Below, one piece after another: positions 1 to 8,415 of a DNA stretch of 64,000 bases (position 1 is the first letter of the stretch; each line of letters starts with the position of its first letter). Origin of the DNA: an uncultured Rickettsiales bacterium (GTDB taxonomy: Bacteria; Pseudomonadota; Alphaproteobacteria; Rs-D84). The stretch is taken from NCBI GenBank assembly GCA_947176385.1, contig CAMWQN010000001.1, positions 27,733 to 91,732 on the forward strand. The letters are read 5' to 3'. Position numbers and translations under genes: made by a program. Below the pieces are notes generated by a model that worked only from the letters and a program-made list of their open reading frames with translations, was not told where the DNA came from and did not search any database.

Positions 1-350
1 ACTATATTAGCAATTGAGCCTTCGGTGTCTGCATTTGCATTCAATTTATCAATTGCTGTCTTGTTAGCTGTTACACGTGCGTCCATTGCAGTATTTAATC
101 CATCTGCATATTCTTTGGCATCCGCCAACGCATTGGTTGCACTGGTACTGGCAGCAACGACTGCAGCATTTACTTCGTTAATTGCTGCAACAGTGTTGTT
201 TTTTGCGGTCGTAGTCAATGCCCCCAAAGAACCAACTTTGGTATCTACATTTTGATTAACATAATTTGTTGTTGCAATATCCGCGTTTGCAGCATTAACC
301 GCAACAATCGTCAATATACCTGCAAAAATACCCGCTGTTAATTTTTTCAT
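1..350 (-). CDS. secreted surface protein, paralog of the 427-1317 and 1409-2335 products; the N-terminal 116 codons are in the window and the C-terminus runs off the window start
   Basis: Minus-strand ATG at 348-350 is followed by signal peptide MKKLTAGIFAGILTIVAVNAANA, almost identical to the N-terminus of the 427-1317 product. The ORF stays open to position 1. The plus-strand ORF 25-255 is its antisense shadow. Confidence 0.6.
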   Translation of the reverse strand, partial: MKKLTAGIFAGILTIVAVNAANADIATTNYVNQNVDTKVGSLGALTTTAKNNTVAAINEVNAAVVAASTSATNALADAKEYADGLNTAMDARVTANKTAIDKLNANADTEGSIANI

Positions 351-426
351 CTCTTTCTTTCCCACTTTTTATTTTTCTGTTGTGCCCTGAAAGTTTCCAA
401 GACACAACATTTATATCAACACAACA

Positions 427-1317
427 TTATTCTTCTGTTGTTGCAGTTGCTGCACGTTCAATGCTTTCCCACATATAGTTTGCAACACCATCCGCTGTCA
501 CAGTTGCTGTCAAAACGAATGTACCTGTCTGACCAGTTGTTGTAACTGCTGGAATAACATTTGTCTTGGTTACAGTAACGACACCATTATCTGCAGTAAC
601 AGCAGATACAACATTACCAGAACCAGTTGTTGTTACATTTGTTGCACCCAATGTATCCTGCTTTTTTGCCAGAGCATCAGCAACAGTATTATTACCATCG
701 CCTAAATCACCCAATTTTTCATCGACATCACCAGATGCAGCTGTTTTTACTTCATCAATCAAACCAACAACTGTTTTACCTTCATCAATTTCACCGATTT
801 TATCACTGATTGTTGCGATATCTGATTTATTGGTATTGATTTGAGCAACATCCGCTTTTGTGATTTCAGAATTCAATGCATCCTGTTGTGCCTGTGTCAT
901 TACAGTCCATGCACCATTTTCGCCACCCATTGAGTATGCAGCAGATGATTTATCCTGTTTTTTATCCAATTCGGCTTTAACAGTTGTATCTTCACCCAAA
1001 TCACCTAATGCATCTGCAATTTGACTAGCAATAGAACCATTACCACCTGTCAAGCTACTGATATCTGTTTGCAATTTAGCAACATCTTTTACCAACCCAG
1101 AATCTGCATCACCAACAGTTGTTGTCAATGTTGTAATAGCACCCGTATTAGTATCAACAGTTTCTTTCAATGGATTATACAAACCATCAACATACGCCTT
1201 GGACGTGATGGCAGCATTTGCCGCATTTACTGTCACAATTGTCAGAATTCCGGCAAAGATTCCTGCTGTTAATTTTTTCATATTTTTCCCTTTCCTTTGC
1301 ATGATGCATTTTATCAT
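427..1317 (-). CDS. secreted Ala/Thr/Asp-rich surface protein (paralog A)
   Basis: 296-aa ORF. Signal peptide ends ..VNAANA and is followed by ITSKAYVDG. The body is low-complexity and probably helical. It shares the internal motif AAYSMGGENGAWT..T with the next paralog. The internal plus-strand ORFs are antisense shadows. Confidence 0.7.
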   Translation of the reverse strand: MIKCIMQRKGKNMKKLTAGIFAGILTIVTVNAANAAITSKAYVDGLYNPLKETVDTNTGAITTLTTTVGDADSGLVKDVAKLQTDISSLTGGNGSIASQIADALGDLGEDTTVKAELDKKQDKSSAAYSMGGENGAWTVMTQAQQDALNSEITKADVAQINTNKSDIATISDKIGEIDEGKTVVGLIDEVKTAASGDVDEKLGDLGDGNNTVADALAKKQDTLGATNVTTTGSGNVVSAVTADNGVVTVTKTNVIPAVTTTGQTGTFVLTATVTADGVANYMWESIERAATATTEE

Positions 1318-1337
1318 ATTTTTCGAATCGGGGTCAA
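1308..1337 (-). promoter_or_regulatory. sigma70-like promoter (TTGACC-N17-ATAAAAT) inside a conserved GTTGACCCCGATTCG element, upstream of the 427-1317 gene
   Basis: Minus-strand reading ..cGTTGACCccgattcgaaaaatatgATAAAATgcat.. lies about 10 nt upstream of the start region. The same 14-15 nt element recurs upstream of the gene starting at 3630. Confidence 0.4.
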
Positions 1338-1360
1338 CGACATAATTTCATTTTCCCCTG

Positions 1361-1392
1361 AAAAAAAATCCCACCCCGCAAATTTATGCGGG
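1361..1392 (-). terminator. rho-independent terminator downstream of the 1409-2335 gene
   Basis: Minus-strand hairpin cccgcataaatttgcggg followed by a T8 run. Confidence 0.5.
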
Positions 1393-1408
1393 ATGGAACA
1401 TATTTTTA

Positions 1409-2335
1409 TTAGTCTTCAACAGGTGATGTCACCGGTGTCCAAGAAATTGTACCATTTGAACTCATCAACACACATGTTGAATTTTCAGCTGTACATTCAG
1501 CAGGCATTGTAATTTTGTTCGCAATTTCAGCTGTATTTGCTGCGATATCTTCTGCGTTCTTGGCAATGTCGTCCGCATTATCAGCAACATCGGCTGCAAT
1601 TTCTGTAACAATCTTCTTTAAACCATTTTCTGCATCATTAATGTCCGTATCCAAACTATCAATTGTTGCCTGCATATCTGCGATTGTACCTTCATCCCCT
1701 GCCAATTCATCATATGCCGCAACCTTTTCAGCGGTGATACCAGATGTCAAGACAGCCTGTTCATCAGCAGTCAATGGTGTCCATCCCCCAGTCGCATTAC
1801 CCAGCGAGTATGCAGCAGTTGATTGTGCCTGATATTTACCATCAGCTGCAGTATTATGTTCAGTTATCGCATCAGCAATAGATTTTGCAATTGACCCTTC
1901 ACCTTCACCAGTCAAAGTATCGACCCGGGTCTTTAATGAATCAATTTGAGCAACAACACCATCCGATTGTACCAATTCTTTCAACTGTGTAATCTGTTCT
2001 GTAGTCAAACCCAAATCCAGACTTTCAATTGCCGCTGCAACCGCTGCAACTGATGGATATCTAGTTGCCTTTTGTTCATCTGTTAAACCATTCAATGTTT
2101 GGCTTATATTTGCAATTGTCTGATAAGCAGATAAATCAACATCATCTATCGCATCAGCCACATCTTGCATGGTAACATATGTATCACCCAAACCATCAAT
2201 TACTTCTTGAACATTCTTAACCTGTTGGTCAACATAGCCCTTGGTTGCAACAGATGTTGTCACAGCGTTCGCAGCCCCCACAGACATCAGGATTGCACCC
2301 ATAAAGCCTGCAAATGCGATTTTTGTTTTTGTCAT
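1409..2335 (-). CDS. secreted Ala/Thr/Asp-rich surface protein (paralog B)
   Basis: 308 aa. Signal peptide ..SVGAANA is followed by VTTSVATKGYVDQQV. It shares the conserved motif STAAYSLGNATGGWTPLT with paralog A. The C-terminus ECTAENSTCVL contains Cys. Confidence 0.7.
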   Translation of the reverse strand: MTKTKIAFAGFMGAILMSVGAANAVTTSVATKGYVDQQVKNVQEVIDGLGDTYVTMQDVADAIDDVDLSAYQTIANISQTLNGLTDEQKATRYPSVAAVAAAIESLDLGLTTEQITQLKELVQSDGVVAQIDSLKTRVDTLTGEGEGSIAKSIADAITEHNTAADGKYQAQSTAAYSLGNATGGWTPLTADEQAVLTSGITAEKVAAYDELAGDEGTIADMQATIDSLDTDINDAENGLKKIVTEIAADVADNADDIAKNAEDIAANTAEIANKITMPAECTAENSTCVLMSSNGTISWTPVTSPVED

Positions 2336-2403
2336 TGTTTTTTCCTTTCTTTCGTTTGTTTTTTATTTTTTAACTATTTGCATACAGCAGATATCTTACC
2401 TTA

Positions 2404-3630
2404 CTAATTCATATCAGATACATCTTCTTCCGTTGCTAAATCCGCCCAGATACGTTCGCCAGTCGGTGTCACCAACAGAACATACATCCCATCTTCTTCA
2501 TCCTCTGGCGCACCAACCAATTGATCAGTAACCTCTGTATTCAGATTTTCTAATTTAACCGTATTATTTGCTAATTCTGTATTCGTAATACTGTTCGGCG
2601 CAATTTCACGGGCGGTAATACTGTTTTCCGCTATCTGGCTGGCATTGATAACAATATCACCATTTTCATTAACAATCTTGCTGACCGTATTATTGATATT
2701 ATTAACAATTTCCATGTCTTCTTGCAGTGCCTGCATATTATCTTCGACAGCCTTAGTTAAATCAGCCATTCTTTCTTCGAAGGTGCTGACAGGCTTTAAT
2801 TTTTCATCAATTTCTGTCTTGGAATAAATATCGCCAACAGCAACATAGCCCTTTAACGCATCCGCAATCGCCGCATTCATTTGTTCAGTCGTAGAATACA
2901 ACGCCATATCCGCAGCATCACCCGGATCACCCTTGTCACCCTTTTCACCCTGGGGACCGACCAAATCATCAATTGCGATTAACTTTGTCCATGCTTCATC
3001 ACCGTCATTTTTCCATACAATGTATTTATTATCATCACTGACGCCAATTACAACATCACGTCCGTTGATTCCCTGCAAATCTTCTTTCAAATTCTCGACA
3101 ATCAAGGATACGTTACCATCCTTGTCAATTTCGATATAATCGTCACCGGTCAATTTATCTTGCTTAGATTCTTTTAAATCATCATTAGCAGATTTTAAAT
3201 CAGCAACTTTGTCTTCCAACACCTCCAAACGATTGCTGACGTCCGCTGACAAACCAGGATTTGTGGTTGATGTACCACCGCCTGATGTACCAGTTCCCGG
3301 ACGGGTTGATGAACCACCACTGATAGCGGTACCACCACCCAAGTATTTACCCAAAGACAAACGTGGCGACGTTGCAGCACGTCCCGCTGTTACCGATGCG
3401 CTGTTCGACGGCTTTGCCGTTGTTGCCTTAACAGTTGACGGCGCAACACGTACAGAACCCGCACGCGCAACACCAGCACTGCCACCAGATTGGGACGCAG
3501 ATGCCGCACTGGTATATGTACCAGCCCCCCCTAGCGTCCGAACCGACGAAGCACCATATGCGCCAGACATACCAGACGCACACAACACGCAAATCATCGA
3601 TATGGTTGATATTTTCAGTTCGTTTTTCAT
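2404..3630 (-). CDS. secreted collagen-like repeat protein with tail-fibre-like repeats
   Basis: 408 aa. Signal peptide, then a long Ser/Gly/Thr/Ala low-complexity region, a coiled segment, the collagen-like triplets GPQGEKGDKGDPGD, and repeats of the form IAENSITAREIAPNSITNTELANNTV that resemble phage tail-fibre or adhesin repeats. Confidence 0.65.
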   Translation of the reverse strand: MKNELKISTISMICVLCASGMSGAYGASSVRTLGGAGTYTSAASASQSGGSAGVARAGSVRVAPSTVKATTAKPSNSASVTAGRAATSPRLSLGKYLGGGTAISGGSSTRPGTGTSGGGTSTTNPGLSADVSNRLEVLEDKVADLKSANDDLKESKQDKLTGDDYIEIDKDGNVSLIVENLKEDLQGINGRDVVIGVSDDNKYIVWKNDGDEAWTKLIAIDDLVGPQGEKGDKGDPGDAADMALYSTTEQMNAAIADALKGYVAVGDIYSKTEIDEKLKPVSTFEERMADLTKAVEDNMQALQEDMEIVNNINNTVSKIVNENGDIVINASQIAENSITAREIAPNSITNTELANNTVKLENLNTEVTDQLVGAPEDEEDGMYVLLVTPTGERIWADLATEEDVSDMN

Positions 3631-3651
3631 AACATCTCTCTACTTGCTATA

Positions 3652-3681
3652 ATATTACAATTTTTCAGCGAATCGGGTCAA
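3652..3681 (-). promoter_or_regulatory. sigma70-like promoter (TTGACC-N18-TAATAT) inside the conserved GTTGACCCGATTCG element, upstream of the collagen-like gene
   Basis: Minus-strand reading gtGTTGACCcgattcgctgaaaaattgTAATATtatag lies 20 nt upstream of the ATG at 3630. Confidence 0.4.
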
Positions 3682-3699
3682 CACTTTTCCTAAATCAAT

Positions 3700-4410
3700 T
3701 TAGAATTCGTAACGCAATCCGATTGAAATAGAATTATCCCAGATCAGACCAACTTTTGCCTGGGCATCAACAATACCATCTTCGGTAACGACCTTGATAT
3801 CTTGCTTTACCCCATTAAAGCCAGCCAAACGATACCGCAAATCCAATACCAGATTGTCATCCAATTTGGTTGTATATCCTGCCATCACGCCAGCCATTGG
3901 CGAAAAACCGGTCTTGTCACGATCACCACCACGAACAAACACACCATCCAGATGCGCCATTGGCAAAGCAACACCCAATCCTGCCCCCAGATACAAACCA
4001 TTTGTAAAATCATAATATCCGTTTGCCATCAAATACGGTGCAGACAAATCAAAATCCAAACCTTGGTCCGAATTCGAGAACTGTCCCATATAACCCAATT
4101 CTAATTCACCACGCCAGAAATAACCAAAATGACGACCAACTGACAAGGTTCCATCAAACACTGGTTCAAACGAGAATTTATCATCCTCGATACTTTCACC
4201 ATCCAATTTTTGTTTGCTGGTAAAGTTCAAGAAACTGACACCTGCACGACCAACTGCATACCAACCGGTCTTTACCTTGTCTTGATAACTATATGTAACA
4301 TCATATCCGCCACGCGCGTCACGCTTGATATGACTTGGAACTGCAGTCGCTGCAACAGATGCACTTGTTGTCATCGCAGCCAGCACAAATACTGATACTA
4401 ATTTTTTCAT
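3700..4410 (-). CDS. small outer-membrane beta-barrel protein (OmpA/OmpW-like porin family)
   Basis: The true start is MKKLVSVFVLAAMTTSASVAATA at 4410; the ORF-track upstream extension contains no signal peptide. There are alternating amphipathic strands and a C-terminal ..GLRYEF. A paralogue of the same type is at 50825-51439. Confidence 0.6.
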   Translation of the reverse strand: MKKLVSVFVLAAMTTSASVAATAVPSHIKRDARGGYDVTYSYQDKVKTGWYAVGRAGVSFLNFTSKQKLDGESIEDDKFSFEPVFDGTLSVGRHFGYFWRGELELGYMGQFSNSDQGLDFDLSAPYLMANGYYDFTNGLYLGAGLGVALPMAHLDGVFVRGGDRDKTGFSPMAGVMAGYTTKLDDNLVLDLRYRLAGFNGVKQDIKVVTEDGIVDAQAKVGLIWDNSISIGLRYEF

Positions 4411-4487
4411 TGGTTTTATCCCTCCAAATATTTTCCTAGATATGATATCACAAAATTGCCCCAGTTCCAAAAACAAAAAATAAGATA

Positions 4488-4516
4488 TTGACATGTTTTT
4501 GAAAAATTTGCTAAAT
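4488..4516 (+). promoter_or_regulatory. sigma70-like promoter for pal (TTGACA-N17-CTAAAT)
   Basis: TTGACA at 4488-4493 and CTAAAT/TAAATT at 4511-4517, about 45 nt upstream of the pal ATG. Confidence 0.4.
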
Positions 4517-4559
4517 TCGAATAGATATTTAAACCTACCAGAAAGAAAGGAACACCAAC

Positions 4560-4973
4560 ATGAACAAAATCGTACTTGGCATTGCTGCTGTATCACTGGT
4601 CGCATGCAGTCGTGTACCATCACAAATTAACGACGACAAAGTTTTCTTTGCATTTGATTCTGCTGAAATATCCAGTGAATCTGCAAAAAATTTAAAGGCT
4701 CAGTCTTTATATATGAAGAAAAACCCAGATGTAAAAGTTGTTTTGGGCGGTCACTGTGACGAACGTGGTTCTGTTGATTACAACCTGGCTTTGGGCGCAC
4801 TGCGTGCAGGGAACGCCGCACAGGTTATGATAAAGGACGGCATTGAACCAGCACGCATCAAAACAATATCTTATGGTAAAGAAAACCCACAGTTCCCAGG
4901 TACCGGTGAAAAAATCTGGGCCAAGAACAGAAATGTGACAACAAATGTAAAAGATGCCACAGAAAAGAAATAA
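4560..4973 (+). CDS. pal: peptidoglycan-associated lipoprotein (OmpA-family C-terminal domain)
   Basis: Lipoprotein signal LVAC, then an OmpA-like domain (FDSAEIS..., NLALGALRAGNAAQ). 137 aa. Confidence 0.8.
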   Translation: MNKIVLGIAAVSLVACSRVPSQINDDKVFFAFDSAEISSESAKNLKAQSLYMKKNPDVKVVLGGHCDERGSVDYNLALGALRAGNAAQVMIKDGIEPARIKTISYGKENPQFPGTGEKIWAKNRNVTTNVKDATEKK

Positions 4974-4977
4974 ATTA

Positions 4978-5001
4978 ACGGGGTTCGCCCCGTTTTTTTT
5001 A
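4978..5001 (+). terminator. rho-independent terminator after pal
   Basis: Hairpin acggggttcgccccgt followed by T8. Confidence 0.7.
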
Positions 5002-5082
5002 TTACATTTAATAATACCGATATATAAATACAGTCTGCGTTTCTCTTGACCCAAAAATCTTTTTTTACTACGATACCGAATT

Positions 5083-5904
5083 ATGGAAGACAATACAGCT
5101 ATATCTTTTGCAAATGTTGGCGCACGCTATGACACAGGACACGAGGTTTTATCCGATGTTTCCTTTAATATTAGTGGCGGCGCATTTTATTTTCTGTCAG
5201 GTGCATCAGGTGCTGGCAAAACAACACTGCTGCGACTGATATACCAATTACACAAACCGTCTCGTGGTCAAATAAAATTATTTGGTCGCCCAACAGCTGA
5301 TATGTCACGCGATGAAATAACCGCATTGCGTCATAAAATGGCAATAGTTTTTCAAGAATACTCGTTATTAAGCCATCTGAGTGTTTTTGATAACGTCGCA
5401 CTGCCACTGCGTGTACGCGGTATCAGTAATGCAAAAATTAAAAAGTTGGTGACCAAGATTTTAGAATGGGTAGGACTGGCAAAATATGCTGATGCGAATC
5501 CAAAGTCACTGTCAGGCGGACAACAACAACGCGTATCCGTTGCACGTGCAATTATTACCCAACCTGCAATATTGTTAGCCGACGAACCAACAGGAAACCT
5601 GGACGATGAAAATGCATCACGCTTGATGGAACTGTTCATCCAAATGAATAAAATGTTCGGCACAACTATCATATTGGCCACACACAGTAAAAAGTTAATG
5701 GATACATATAAATTCCCTGTTATCCAGGTGGAAAATCATAAACTGACATTTGTTGGTGCACCAAATAAAACAAGCAAAGCATCTGACGCATCGCAAAATG
5801 AAAAACCTGCAACATCAGATAACCCTAAATTATGGAAAGGTCCAAAACCACAAAACTATTTTGCAGAATTATCTAAACAATTTGATGATATCGGGAACGC
5901 ATAA
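5083..5904 (+). CDS. ftsE: cell division ATP-binding protein FtsE, with a C-terminal extension of about 50 aa
   Basis: Walker A GASGAGKTT, ABC signature LSGGQQQRVSVARA, Walker B LLADEPTGNLD. The stop overlaps the ftsX start. Confidence 0.85.
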   Translation: MEDNTAISFANVGARYDTGHEVLSDVSFNISGGAFYFLSGASGAGKTTLLRLIYQLHKPSRGQIKLFGRPTADMSRDEITALRHKMAIVFQEYSLLSHLSVFDNVALPLRVRGISNAKIKKLVTKILEWVGLAKYADANPKSLSGGQQQRVSVARAIITQPAILLADEPTGNLDDENASRLMELFIQMNKMFGTTIILATHSKKLMDTYKFPVIQVENHKLTFVGAPNKTSKASDASQNEKPATSDNPKLWKGPKPQNYFAELSKQFDDIGNA

Positions 5905-6740
5905 TGAAGACACCTATTGTTTTTTCGCTGGTTCATGAACAGTCTGTCTTTATGACAGCTATTATGTCATTACTGACATTCTTATCCGTGCTGGCATTGG
6001 GTGTTGCCCTGTCAATCGGAACAGGTGTTATCCGTTGGAACACGCAATGGAATCAAATCGCAACTATCCAGGTTATGAATGCTGATAACACCGCAACAGT
6101 AAAAAATATTCTGGATTCAAATCGCGATAAAATCGAATCGGTAACCGAAGTATCTACCGATCAAATGAAAGATTTATTATCACCATGGATTTCAGGCAGC
6201 CGTTCATTAGAAAACTATCTGCCAAAAATGTTCGAAGTCAAATTTAAAACAAAATCTGACATGATTGATGTTGGCAGCCGCATTGATAAACATGCACGTT
6301 TCTTGACACACGCCCAGGCACTGCGTGCATCAACAGCCGCCGGATGGAAAATGATATTTATCGCAGGTCTGGTCTTGGCATTAACAATTGGCGCGATTGG
6401 TGTATGCATAACATACATCGCCAGAAACACCGCATTATTACACCGTCGTGAATTGGAAATTTTAAACCAAATCGGTGCCAGTGATGCATTCGTTGCACAC
6501 CAAATGCAAATCATCGTCGCAAAAATATGCACAATCGCAGGATTAGGCGGATTTATTGCAGCAGTACCAGTATTGTTATTAATACTATCCGCCGCACATT
6601 CAGCACGCGTCGGTTTACTGGCAATGCTGGGACTGGGAACCATGGGCTGGATTGCATTGATATTGATGCCAATACTGATTGTAGTATTTGCGATATTTAT
6701 AACCCGTCGCACAACATTAAATTTATTAAAAAACAGTTAA
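5904..6740 (+). CDS. ftsX: cell division permease FtsX
   Basis: Start overlaps the ftsE stop (ATGA). An N-terminal TM helix, a periplasmic domain and three C-terminal TM helices give FtsX topology. Confidence 0.7.
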   Translation: MKTPIVFSLVHEQSVFMTAIMSLLTFLSVLALGVALSIGTGVIRWNTQWNQIATIQVMNADNTATVKNILDSNRDKIESVTEVSTDQMKDLLSPWISGSRSLENYLPKMFEVKFKTKSDMIDVGSRIDKHARFLTHAQALRASTAAGWKMIFIAGLVLALTIGAIGVCITYIARNTALLHRRELEILNQIGASDAFVAHQMQIIVAKICTIAGLGGFIAAVPVLLLILSAAHSARVGLLAMLGLGTMGWIALILMPILIVVFAIFITRRTTLNLLKNS

Positions 6741-6741
6741 T

Positions 6742-7248
6742 ATGCGTTTTGTCACACCGTCTTTTTTATTGGTAATATGTTTTGTATTGGGTGGCATGAT
6801 GTTTAAATCAATGTCCCCGCGTAATTGCGGCACAATATTACCAGACGACAGTATATTTGTATTAACTGGTGACGAACGTCGTATTCCATTTGCAATGCGT
6901 CAAATGCAAAAATACCCAGATGCAGACCTGTATATAATTGGTGCAGGTGCCCCCATCAGCAACACAGCACACAATGTAAAGATAGAATCCGAATCGAAAT
7001 CTACATATCAAAATGCCCTGGCAATCAAAGATATCGTCCAGCGCGCCGGACTGGACCGATTGGTTCTGGTCACAACCGAAGACCACATGTCACGTGCAAA
7101 ATATTTATTACGTACTGAAATACCATACATTGAAATTGTTACCTGCCCTGTCACTTTATCAGGTATGCATGCAACAAAAAGGCTTGAACGCTGGACCATT
7201 GAATATATAAAATACATTGTCACAATGTTCGGAATCAAAGAAGGATAA
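6742..7248 (+). CDS. DUF218 (YdcF/SanA/ElyC family) envelope protein
   Basis: DUF218-like segment VLVTTEDHMSRA; signal/TM N-terminus. Confidence 0.5.
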   Translation: MRFVTPSFLLVICFVLGGMMFKSMSPRNCGTILPDDSIFVLTGDERRIPFAMRQMQKYPDADLYIIGAGAPISNTAHNVKIESESKSTYQNALAIKDIVQRAGLDRLVLVTTEDHMSRAKYLLRTEIPYIEIVTCPVTLSGMHATKRLERWTIEYIKYIVTMFGIKEG

Positions 7249-7260
7249 AAGGACACTACT

Positions 7261-7968
7261 ATGTTAAAAACAATTTTGTTTAAATTCATATTGGCAATAT
7301 ACTGGATTGTCTGGGCACCATTTTTGCTGGTCGGTTTGATAAACAAGCGTTTAAATAAATTCTTGGTAATAACATGCGCGGGCGGTGTTTTGGTTTTGGC
7401 ACGCCTGTTTATGGGAATAAAATATCAAATACATTACCCACCCGTCGAAGAAAACGGAATCCCAGTCAAACCAAATGAAAACATCCGCCTGGATGGCAAG
7501 GCTATTATTGCTGCCAAGCATATGTCTATATTGGAAATTGCAATCTTGGCAACAAATGTTCCAAATTCATTCTTTATCATAAAGCGTGAATTACTGTGGA
7601 TACCAATTTATGGTTGGGCATTTTGGCGCATGGGTCTGCAGCCTGTAAATCGCAAACGTGGCGCAACAAACATGAATAAACTGGCAGATGCTGTCGCAAA
7701 AAAAATCATGGACGGTCAGATTTTAATCATATTCCCCGAAGGCACACGTGTAAAACCAGGGCAGCGAATCAAATTAAAACGCGGTCTGTTGTACTTGGCA
7801 CACCAGTTAAAATTGCCAATATTGCCAGTTGGCACAGATGCAGGTTTATTCTGGCCAAAGCATGGTAAAATGAACAGCGGGACAGCAAATGTATATTTCG
7901 AACCACTGTTGCCCTGCAATGCATCACTGGACGAAATAGCAGACGCAATAAATAAACACAGCGCATAA
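7261..7968 (+). CDS. plsC: 1-acyl-sn-glycerol-3-phosphate acyltransferase
   Basis: HX4D-region AKHMSILE and the FPEGTR motif (IIFPEGTRVKPG); N-terminal TM helix. Confidence 0.75.
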   Translation: MLKTILFKFILAIYWIVWAPFLLVGLINKRLNKFLVITCAGGVLVLARLFMGIKYQIHYPPVEENGIPVKPNENIRLDGKAIIAAKHMSILEIAILATNVPNSFFIIKRELLWIPIYGWAFWRMGLQPVNRKRGATNMNKLADAVAKKIMDGQILIIFPEGTRVKPGQRIKLKRGLLYLAHQLKLPILPVGTDAGLFWPKHGKMNSGTANVYFEPLLPCNASLDEIADAINKHSA

Positions 7969-7970
7969 AT

Positions 7971-7996
7971 AAAATCCGCCGAATGGCGGATTTTTT
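7971..7996. terminator. bidirectional terminator between plsC and the nuclease gene
   Basis: aaaa-tccgcc-gaat-ggcgga-tttttt hairpin. Confidence 0.6.
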
Positions 7997-8402
7997 ATTC
8001 ACACCAGCCTGCACGACGCCCGCCTGAATATGAGCGCCCAAGTTTCTCTGAAACCAAAACATCGCCCACATCACGCCCATCGGGTAAAATTACATTTGCA
8101 TCAATTCGCCCCAGGTATTTGTCATCTTTGACGTTACGCAAATCAACAATTGTTCCAACCGGTAATAATTGCGACACGCGTTCACGTGCCATATTTGCCA
8201 TCACAATTTCACCGGCACATTCCCCGTGTAATTCCGGCGTATCGACATTACGCAGACGAACGCGTACAGAAATTTCAATATCATCTTGCAATTTAACGAT
8301 GCCAGCAAAGGTATCACCATCAACAATATACCCAATACGTGCTGGCACAGCAAACGCTGTGCCAGTAAACAATATTAACAAAACACTAAATACCCAACGC
8401 AC
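7995..8402 (-). CDS. secreted thermonuclease (SNase-like) family nuclease
   Basis: Signal peptide; GDTF...RLRNVDTPE motif typical of staphylococcal-nuclease homologues. Confidence 0.7.
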   Translation of the reverse strand: MRWVFSVLLILFTGTAFAVPARIGYIVDGDTFAGIVKLQDDIEISVRVRLRNVDTPELHGECAGEIVMANMARERVSQLLPVGTIVDLRNVKDDKYLGRIDANVILPDGRDVGDVLVSEKLGRSYSGGRRAGWCE

Positions 8403-8415
8403 TTTTCACACCAAA

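Noticed and set aside
25-255. Plus-strand 76-aa ORF at the window start, and similar internal ORFs at 566-844, 1021-1272 and 1515-1832
   Set aside because: They are antisense shadows of the low-complexity Ala/Thr/Asp-rich surface-protein genes on the minus strand. They have no start context, and the minus-strand frames carry signal peptides and paralogue conservation.
2404-3630. Possible prophage, because of the collagen-like, tail-fibre-like protein
   Set aside because: No capsid, terminase, portal, integrase or lysis genes occur anywhere in the window. The protein carries a Sec signal peptide and sits in a surface-protein array, so it more likely encodes an adhesin than a phage.
3209-3652. 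147-aa plus-strand ORF rich in Pro/Ala
   Set aside because: It is the antisense frame of the Ser/Gly/Thr-rich region of the collagen-like gene (2404-3630). It has the compositional bias of a shadow ORF and no RBS.
4411-4623. N-terminal extension of ORF 3700-4623 (MMVHDCMRPV..)
   Set aside because: The extension has no signal peptide and overlaps the pal promoter and start. The internal Met at 4410 gives a typical signal peptide (MKKLVSVFVLAAM..), so the true CDS is 3700-4410.
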